NCBI GenBank assembly: GCA_018985225.1
Contig: JADGIF010000218.1
Coordinates: 1-13,988, forward strand
Source of the DNA: Amoeboradix gromovi X-113
Taxonomy: Eukaryota > Fungi > Sanchytriomycota
Reading direction: 5' to 3'
DNA length: 13,988 nucleotides
Part shown: piece after piece, positions 1 to 8,260 of the stretch
How positions within the stretch are numbered: the first letter of the stretch is position 1
How the letters are laid out: each line of letters begins with the position of its first letter
Position numbers and translations under genes: made by a program
The notes under the pieces: generated by a model
Told to the model about the DNA's origin: nothing
Databases searched by the model: none
Seen by the model: the letters and a program-made list of their open reading frames with translations, nothing else

Positions 1-244
1 TAGTATAACATTACAAAATGGCTCTAGAAAAGAGTACCGTCTAAGAAAATGCACCTTTTGCTTAAATGCTCAAAGACCGTAATTGAAAGAGATGCAGGGT
101 CTTCTAGTTTTATTTGAAGAGGGGAATACAATCAATGAAAGAAAATTGGTATAATAGAAGATCTTTTATTAATGATAGCATTTCCTCAATATGGTGCACC
201 TCCTTTAAAAACGAGTTAGTCTAGTTTTTATATTTGGTGTCCCA
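1..244 (+). mobile_element. Right end of a TIR element (copy 1) carrying the 3' end of a TnpB/Fanzor-like gene; truncated by the window start
   Basis: 50..243 aligns with 6719..6916. The 30-bp TIR at 214..243 has reverse complement GGGACACCAAATATAAAAACTAGACTAACT, 29/30 identical to the left end at 13829..13858. Confidence 0.85.
2..224 (+). pseudogene. Frameshifted C-terminal fragment of a putative Fanzor/TnpB-like RuvC nuclease
   Basis: Manual translation: SITLQNGSRKEYRLRKCTFCLNAQRP (2..79), then a 4-nt deletion vs copy 2, ERDAGSSSFI (85..114), then a 1-nt deletion, RGIQSMKENWYNRRSFINDSISSIWCTSFKNELV* (TAG 222..224). CxxC followed by RD resembles the TnpB/Fanzor Zn-finger plus RuvC-III end (consensus CxxC...RDxNAAxNI). 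Confidence 0.6.
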
Positions 245-352
245 ATTATTAGTAAATGTGTATGCTTTCAAAAACTAACTATTTCTTTCCAAGGATGCTA
301 ATTGGTCTCTTGTAATGAACAATTTTGAGGTTCATTAATTTTTACTTTTACG

Positions 353-3300
353 ATGCGAAACATCATGAGTGATTTGTTAATTTTGCATCATTTACAGGTA
401 CTTCAGTCAGAACTGAGAAAAGTAGACAAGTCTATAATTTATCATCCTGTAAAGCAGAATGAATTGAATTTTAGCTTCTCAACAATTAAAAAATGGTACC
501 AATCTCAGCATCAATTTTCAGATCCTTTTTGTCTTGATCAACTTAATTCTACCTTTGACATACATCAAAAACAAAAGAAAAACTTGACTTTGCTAGCTAT
601 GACTCACCCAAGGTCTTTTCACGTATATACCGTTAGTAATGTAAATGAAATTCCTCAAGTTGAACCATTGGATACATGTATTGGAATGCTTAGGTACTTG
701 CAATACGAAAGGCACACTACACTCAGTGCTCATCATGTTTTAATGCCTTTTTTCCAATCTCTAAACAGTAGCTCCAAAATATCTCTTGTTGCTCTGTCAG
801 CAATTTTGGAGATATTGCCTACGCTTCAGGAATTCAACGATTTTCAATTTTGTGTTAAAATTACTTCATATTACCTTACAAAGTTAGTGCCGAAAGGCAA
901 TGAAGATGTTTTGGGCATTTTACAATTCTTCTTAGACATCTTCAATTTGCTTTTAAATTACAAGATGGATTCGGAGCAATATACTTGGTGGATTTCCACT
1001 TTATTAGGGTACATCGTTGGTAAATTGCCCGATGGATTGAAAATGCAAGCGGAACACTCAATTTTCCAGTTGATCCTCAAGCAATGGGACAACCCATCTT
1101 CTCTCTCAACCTTGCTGCGGATTTTGCTAAGTCCAATTCTTCCGAAATCTCCCTTCACCGTTTACTTTAATAATCTGAAATTTAAAACTTTGTTTTTTGA
1201 CTTTAATAGTTTCTCTACGAACGGCATTGAAACCACGGAATTAGTCGATATCCAGGTTGACGTTTCGTCTGAGGCATTGCAATTATATACGATGAGGTTG
1301 TTGCAGCGTCTATATTCTCACAATCAATCAATTACTCCTCTAGACAATAATTCCTATATATCGCAATGTATTCGTATTAACGGTATATACTCTTTATTCC
1401 GTATACTGTACAACCCTTCTACAGTGTTTCCTATTCGATTTCAAGCATTCAAATCACTGCAATTTATAGTTTTAGATAATGTCCAACAGTATCAATCAGA
1501 GTGCTATATCTTTGTTAATTTCTTAATTGATGCCATAAATCTGCTAGGCCCTCTACCTAGTACTCTGACACATCCAAGGGTATCTCAGTCAAAGTTTAAG
1601 CCTCGTAACAATCAATATCATCCTAATTCTAGTATGAGTGCTAACAGTTCTCTGTACAGTCCATTTAATCAAATTGATGAACCATTTACTAACAATATGC
1701 CCCGAACTTATCCGCTGTGGGTAGCTATGCAAGCTGTAGAGAGTGGTGACGTTGTTTATAATTGGTCTTATACCAGATTGTTTCTGCATTGGTTTGAGAG
1801 TGTTTGCGATCAACTGAATTTGCACGATTTTGAAAACGCTGATAAAGAGGCTAATGGTCAATGTCAGACTACTCTTAATATCACAAAACCTAATGAAATA
1901 CCTGACATTCTCTTTAAACGAATGTGGCACAGTCATGGGCTACTACATTACTATTTTAAGAACTACAGTGGTCCATTTACATATATAGGACATGGTGTAG
2001 TGTACAAACAGGCTGACAAACTACACTACTTTGAACAGCTAGGACAATATCCACCAGCTAGCTTTCTCAAATCATTTCAGGTTAGCCAACAAGCTCAGCA
2101 AACTATAAACTCGCCGTCTGATAACAAGCGTTCTAGCATTGATTCTAGTAAGCATACATCAGGCAAGCATGTTTACTGCCGAGACCCCGATACACCGAAA
2201 CATCAAGAGAGTAGGATAGCTGTAAGTAATGAAGTAGTAGAATGGAGGAACGCACTTATGTCATGTATAGAGCAGATATTTGTTGACAATAAGCTTTTGT
2301 TGCACCTAGCTAATAAGTATGACTACAATGATGGAGACGATATATTTCAGCGTCTTATTACCATAGTTCACAAATACTGCATGCCGGACTACGCTAATGT
2401 GTGTAATAGATCTTTCTGCGCAATCAGCTTAAACAGCTTTATCAGAGTCTTGAAGCATTTGACTGATAACCAGTCTAGCTCAATCAGCTATGAAGATACA
2501 TTAATGTTAAGCAATAAACTAAAGCGGCAGCATTTATTGAAGCAATGTTGTAGGATATTCAAAAGGGATCTAAAGTTAGGGCTAAATGAGTTTATTAAAC
2601 ATGGATTCTTACCCGATGATTTGGAACCACAGCAGTTTGCAACGTTCTTAAAGCAGTGTAGATTATTAAACAAGTACAGAATTGGGGAGTTACTCGGCAA
2701 GCCTAGCAACGTTCTAGTCCTTAAACATTTTGTAAGTACGTTCGATTTCCAAAATGATAGGATTGATGAAGCGCTTAGAGATTTCCTGAGTAGTTTTAGA
2801 TTACCTGGTGAGTCTCAGCAGATAGAACGTATTTTAGAGTACTTTAGTGAGCATTATTACAGCTACAAACCACAATACATCAATGATAAGGATGCGGTTC
2901 TTGTGCTGTCATATGCAATTGTTATATTAAACACAGACAGGCATAGTCCACAAATCAAAAATAGGATGACATTGCAACAGTTTCAAAACAATCTGCGAGG
3001 TACCAACGACAAGGAAAATTTTGACGCTGTTTTTCTCACAAGTATTTACAACGGTATAAGTAACAATGAGATAGTGATGCCGGGTGAAAAGGATAATAGT
3101 GAAACCTATTTCCTATTCTGGGACGAGGTATGTAAGAAGCACATAAACAATAATACTAGAGCGACAAGTAACTCACAAATATTAGAAAAATGTTTGTTTA
3201 TGGACAATTGGGGACTATTTTTAACAACCTTAATAAACTGTAATTACCACTAACATAGGTTGGGATTTCTGCGATGACGAGTACACGCTACAGTTAATAG

Positions 3301-4895
3301 TTCAAGGATTCCATCATTATGCGCAATTGAGTGATGGTGATTCAATAGACGCAATGATCATGGCATTATGTTGTATGAGTGGAATATACCCAGGGTATTC
3401 ATATGCAATGGACAACACTACGATTACAAACGAATTGGGGGGATACTTTAAAGGACAGCTCGCATTGTACATGTTGAGCATATTTATTAGCAAGTACCAT
3501 AGCAAGATCAAGGCATGGGACCATGTAATATGTTTAATAAAAAGATTATATCTGGGTGGATTGCTAAATTCATCTTTGGCAGCAACTGATTTTTTCCCTA
3601 GCAACGAAGAATCAATGAGCAATACCACCTCACTATTTTCAACATTTACTAGTTATTTTAATATAAACACATCACCAAACACCAGTCCATCACAAGAAGA
3701 TAACAAAAATGTCGGCAGATTTGCTGTGAAATGTTTATTAGAATGCAACTTTAATGATTTGTTAATGAAATGTAATATTAACGACTTGCTAGAACATTAT
3801 TTAAGACACTCCGTAGAGACAATAGATAAAAAAAGCACGCTATCACCTTTTAGCTTATATGCTGTATCGATGATAATAAGCCAATTTCTGGAAATAAATG
3901 AGTTTGCAACGATTAAACCATTCATTGAATACATGATGAAAGCGAATCCACTACTAGCATTTCATGTGTCAAGCAGTTTTCTAGAATTGTACACTAATGG
4001 TTACGACCATGAAAAGGATATAAATAGAGAATTTGAAGATTTTAACATGAATTGTATAAATACCTTATTGGAAACTGACCTGCCGATTATAAATGTAATA
4101 GGCTATGTTAAGCCTATATTGAGTAGATTCTACAACAGCCAGTCATTCATTCAATGGTTTAACGATCTGTCTAGTCATATAACATTTGATACGGTGCTAC
4201 TTTCTTCTGTTCAAGAATTCTTATTCAAATTAGGTAAAAATGGACAGGACTTAAAAGTAGTTGAATTAATTACACACATTCTTGCTATATTGATCAGCAA
4301 TGCAGGTGATACAAAGAGCAAATTACATGGACAGTACTTGGACTTGTTGTATCATGCAGTTGATACAGAAAACAGCAGTGAAATAGTAGAGTCTTTGCTG
4401 ACTCATGTGTACTGTCAGGACTCTGATGTTAGGCAAAAAGCGTGGTTTTATTTGCAGCGAATTGTGCAAAACCCAGAGGATTCATTATTTGAAACGCTCT
4501 TCACTAGATTTGATTTTAAAAAAGTAGACAACGAGGAATTGATGGATGAGTTAAGAATGAGAGCAACTGCCATAGTCTGTAAGACATACTTGATAGGAAA
4601 CGACTATAATGTAGACGTGTTAATAAAGATTATAAGATTGTTAAAGGGGTACTATACTGGAGTTATAATGATGGAGATAATACCAGAGGCTATAAAAAAC
4701 ATCTTACTAATAATGATGGATATAGGTGACATAGATGAAGAAGTATGGGAGGAGTTGGAGTTTATACCAAATTTGAAATCTGATTTATTAAAGCAGGAAC
4801 TGCCCAAAACAGTAAACAATACAGATCGAGCAGAAAATGAGAATAGGGAACTAGAGGAAGCAAAAATGGATCCATCAAAGCCAATATACATTTAG
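353..4895 (+). CDS. GBF1: Large Sec7-domain ARF guanine-nucleotide exchange factor, GBF1/Gea family; join(353..3239,3259..4895), about 1507 aa
   Basis: Sec7 catalytic motif FRLPGESQQIERILEYF (Glu finger codon 2810..2812) and LSYAIVILNTDRHSPQIKNRMT. The N-terminus is DCB-like (LQSELRK; LMPFF...VALSAILEIL). Removing 3240..3258 fuses the two track ORFs in frame and gives LFMDNWGLFLTTLINCWDFCDDEYTLQLIVQGF, which resembles the post-Sec7 HDS1 segment. The start could instead be the ATG at 365. Confidence 0.88.
3240..3258 (+). other. Predicted 19-nt spliceosomal intron (GTAATTACCACTAACATAG)
   Basis: GTAA donor, CTAAC branch-point motif and TAG acceptor. It contains the in-frame TAA (3251..3253) that ends the first ORF, and its removal restores the frame into ORF 3327..4895. 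Confidence 0.8.
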
Positions 4896-4905
4896 TGCAG
4901 TAAAT

Positions 4906-5898
4906 TTATTGATACAATTTAATTAAATCTTGCAAATGCTCAATGTTCTGCAAATGGAATACTATACGCTGCTTGCCATTGTTAGGCGGTAGCAGTGATA
5001 CGTTTGAGCTGTTTCTCATCACTGAGTCCGGTACATTCTTTAGAAACACAATGTTTGTATCCGGTGCATACGAACGATATCTAGGATTAATACTATTAAA
5101 GAAAAGGAGAGCTGCGTCGTGAGTTTTTGAGAGTTGTTTGTAGTTAGAATCGAAAGCATACTTACATTGCTCAGTTAACACACTGGCCTGTCTTAAACCA
5201 CCGCCAAGCATTTTACGGTAATATTTGGCGGAATCAACAAAGAATTTACTACCCAACAACATTGCGCCAATTGGGGCACCAATAGCTTTGGAAAAGCACA
5301 AAGAAATCGAGTCGCATACATCCCCGTATTCGTGTAATCCTCGATTCTCTTTGATTGCTGCGTGCCAAATTCTGCACCCATCTAGATGCACATGGATATC
5401 GTTATCGCTTGAAAATTTGTAAATAGATTTTAGGTCAGTGTAGTTGACTACGTGGCCATCCAGTGTGTTTTCCAGCAGGGCTATTTTGGTTTGCGCAACG
5501 TGAACATCCTGCCTGATATTGGAGTGATTAATAAATGAGCTTAAATGATAGTCTGGGACCATTATTGGAAGAGCGCGACTAGTGAAGCTAATACCTGCAC
5601 TTTCCCACCGCATTAAGTGGCAATTGCGGTGACCAATTACGCTTAGGGGCTTCGAACATCTGGAAGATGCAGTGAGGATGCTAATTTGATTAGCCATTGT
5701 TCCTGTAAGCATAAATAACCCTTTCTCTTTATTAAACTTTTTAGCCATAGTCTGTTCAAATTCCTCCACATTCGGGTCTGTCCCAAGCACGCAATCATTG
5801 AATTTTTTGATATTTAAAACTGATTTAAGCATATTTTGAGTGGGTTCCGTAACTGTATCACTACGAAAATCAGCAATGAACCGACGACTTTTTAGCAT
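4906..5898 (-). CDS. GLY1: Low-specificity L-threonine aldolase (PLP-dependent, GLY1/LtaA family)
   Basis: Family motifs DFRSDTVTEPT, TGTMANQI, LLENT, HLDGCR (usually HLDGAR), the PLP-lysine motif SLCFSKAIGAPIG and RKMLGGGLRQ; 330 aa, uninterrupted. Confidence 0.93.
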   Translation of the reverse strand: MLKSRRFIADFRSDTVTEPTQNMLKSVLNIKKFNDCVLGTDPNVEEFEQTMAKKFNKEKGLFMLTGTMANQISILTASSRCSKPLSVIGHRNCHLMRWESAGISFTSRALPIMVPDYHLSSFINHSNIRQDVHVAQTKIALLENTLDGHVVNYTDLKSIYKFSSDNDIHVHLDGCRIWHAAIKENRGLHEYGDVCDSISLCFSKAIGAPIGAMLLGSKFFVDSAKYYRKMLGGGLRQASVLTEQCKYAFDSNYKQLSKTHDAALLFFNSINPRYRSYAPDTNIVFLKNVPDSVMRNSSNVSLLPPNNGKQRIVFHLQNIEHLQDLIKLYQ

Positions 5899-6614
5899 TG
5901 AGTGTATTAAAAAAAATTAAAATTTTGAACTATTGTAATGAAATTTCACATTCTGAAGAAATCGCTAACCTATCTCCATTTTGCATTGCATTCAAATAGT
6001 TGGGAGTTGCAAATGTAGACCTCCCTATTAGCCCCTTACTTGTCTTGCACACTAGAATGAAATAGCGTGGATCACATTCTTTCGCTACTTAAAATTAATA
6101 ATTCTTGAACGCAATTTTAGGATTCTGCAGCGATGTTATTTTGTGATACTCACTTGAATTAAGGTTTCAAGGTTCTGAAATATTACAGAGTAAACATAAA
6201 AATAGTCCAATAGGCGCAGTGTAGTTAATAGACAAAATAATTTTTATAATAGTACGGTATATTTTAGCGCCTAGAGATTAGCGAAGTAGTACTTCTGCTA
6301 TTTCTTCTATGCCAACTTTGTCTTTCGCCATTTTTAGTAGATTTCCAATGACTGGATGACTGATGCTTTCTTTATAACCTTATAGAATTGGGCAGGCATA
6401 GTGACCGTGAATGCATCATAGAAAGAGTTTGGTGAGATATGCACAAGACCGCCTTTGGTCTTTTTTTCTTTGTGTAGTGCAGTAGACAGATGAAATCAAA
6501 TAACCCAGTAGCATTCTACTTGGGTGTTAAATAGTATTCAAGTATACACTTTGTCTTGATCTTAACTGATCGCATGATTCCTATCATATTTTAGTGGTAA
6601 GTAACTTAAACATA

Positions 6615-6917
6615 TGGGACATCAAATATAAAGACTAGACTAACTTTCTGAGACAGTTGGAATCAGTATTTCAAGTGTGTTAACCAGTAGTAAATTAAAT
6701 TAAATTAATCTTGTTGGTTGCACCTTTTGCTTAGACACTCAAAGACCTCGTATATTTGAAAGAGATAGTGGGTCATCTTGTCTTATTTTAAAGAGGGGAA
6801 TTACATTAATGAAAGAAAATTGGTTTGAAAGAAGAACTTTTATTAATAATGGTATTTCCTCCTTATGGAGCACCTATTTTAAAAACGACTTGGTCTAGTC
6901 TTATGTTTGGTGTCCCA
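6615..6917 (+). mobile_element. Complete ~300-bp non-autonomous TIR element (copy 2); putative Fanzor 'ghost' locus
   Basis: Left TIR 6616..6645 GGGACATCAAATATAAAGACTAGACTAACT; right TIR 6888..6916, reverse complement GGGACACCAAACATAAGACTAGACCAAGT. Flanks read CA-TA|TGGG...CCCA|TA, i.e. a TA duplication (alternatively ATAT if the ends are GGG/CCC). The left 58 bp match 13829..13886 and the right 198 bp match 50..243. Confidence 0.9.
6704..6898 (+). pseudogene. Start-less C-terminal remnant of a putative Fanzor/TnpB-like nuclease
   Basis: 64 open codons: INLVGCTFCLDTQRPRIFERDSGSSCLILKRGITLMKENWFERRTFINNGISSLWSTYFKNDLV*, with the TAG (6896..6898) inside the right TIR; homologous to the copy 1 peptide. 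Confidence 0.6.
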
Positions 6918-6935
6918 TATACCGTCCTATTGTTC
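6864..6935 (+). ncRNA. Candidate 3' part of an omegaRNA-like scaffold plus flank-derived guide (5' boundary unknown)
   Basis: TATGGAGCACC (6864..6874) can pair 10/11, including one G-U, with GGTGTCCCATA (6909..6919). An equivalent stem is possible in copy 1. Transcription cannot be shown from sequence. Confidence 0.35.
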
Positions 6936-7481
6936 GATTTATGTCGTAGCCCACCAAGTTATAAAAACAGCTTCCAAAAGGATTTTCTACACCATGGGAA
7001 AAGATGAGCTGAAATCAAGTGAGCCATAGAAATACAACGACAATTTCACACTGTTTGTTTAAAACTCTAGGATTCACAATGTTTACTAAAACAAGCAGTC
7101 AACTATGAGAAAGCATACCTGAAGTTTTGTTAATTATAATTATATGAAGATGCAATCACCAAGACATTATGCTTTTTGCAGCAGTTATATTATAATGCAT
7201 ATTTCCAGGAGAAAACCTACTTATTGATGAACCTCTTCATCTTATGACTTGCTTCTAATCCTAAGATAAAGGCCTTGGGATGGAATATCAGAATCAGAGT
7301 CTTCAGGGGTGTCAAGATTCTTCAGCTGGTTAAGTCACTCGCCTACAGACTGCTAACAAGTTGCGATTCTATAAATAAGAATTTAGGTCACTACCTGTAC
7401 CAAGTCGGAATTTATAGCAGTTGAAGATGATTTTTACTTAATTTCTAATTTTGCATATATAACTTTAAGACCGCAAACAGC

Positions 7482-7781
7482 CTAAACAAAACAGGACTTA
7501 GATACCAACTCTCCTTCGAATAAGACACCCTCTTCGATAAGTATTTTCTTTTTAGCGTTCAATGCATTGTTATCAGTTTTTTTGTAATACCCCTTTAACT
7601 TCCTGTTCACTCCAACAACGCGATGACAAGGAACTGCTCGAAAAGTATTGCAAGATAAGGCATTGGCTACCGCCCTAGGTGATGATTGCAATGTTAAGGC
7701 GATACTCTTATAAGTAGTAACCTTTCCAATGGGTATTAATTTGGCCTGATTGTAGACTTTATTTTGGAAATCTGTAGTCAT
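7482..7781 (-). CDS. MGMT: O6-methylguanine-DNA methyltransferase (MGMT/Ogt), C-terminal domain only
   Basis: Active-site VPCHRVV, IPIGKVTTY, Arg-finger SPRAVANAL and C-terminal KKKILIEEG; 99 aa. Confidence 0.9.
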   Translation of the reverse strand: MTTDFQNKVYNQAKLIPIGKVTTYKSIALTLQSSPRAVANALSCNTFRAVPCHRVVGVNRKLKGYYKKTDNNALNAKKKILIEEGVLFEGELVSKSCFV

Positions 7782-8260
7782 GGGGTTTCGTAGTTTGAAG
7801 TGAGAAACGAGACAGACTGAGAAAATCCCCTTAACACAACACGATGATAAAACTGCGAGAGCGTCTCATACTGCTAACCGCCATTCAGGCTGTATTCTAT
7901 CACCCAGGGTTTCATGCTGCATCAAACTGCTACGTACGGCATTTGGTGTGTTTATAGGAGCTGTGTTATCCGATCAAAGAACTTGGTTAAACTTTCTTAT
8001 TTCTACAGATGCATCGATGCTGGTACCACACCACGATGCATTTCTGTTTGCAACGAGTACTTTCAAGCGTTAGTTTTAGAAATTTTTTGTTATAGATGAT
8101 ATTCTTCTGTTTATACAAGTTATTTCTTAATAAATTCGGTTCTTCTCAATAACATATAAAGTAATTTTATAGTTTTATTAACGACATAATAAACTCCCAG
8201 TGTTAACGATTTTAAATAAAAGTTGCTTATCTTGTCGCGATAAGAGTCCCGTGTAAAGGT

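Noticed and set aside
35-41. TACCGTC matches the first 7 nt of the copy 2 putative guide
   Set aside because: Only 7 nt and no adjacent CATA; expected by chance.
3251-3253. Stop-codon reassignment or readthrough to explain the split Sec7 gene
   Set aside because: The downstream ORF is in a different frame, and TAA/TAG terminate the other genes normally; the intron explains the split.
6445-6470. Hairpin AAGACC/GGTCTT followed by a T-run, like an intrinsic terminator
   Set aside because: Eukaryotic context, weak stem, and no gene ends there.
6825-7007. 60-aa track ORF
   Set aside because: It is an alternative frame across the element end into flank DNA; the conserved, motif-bearing frame is 6704..6898.
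7914-8099. 61-aa ORF between MGMT and ABCB
   Set aside because: No motif or homology recognisable; likely spurious.
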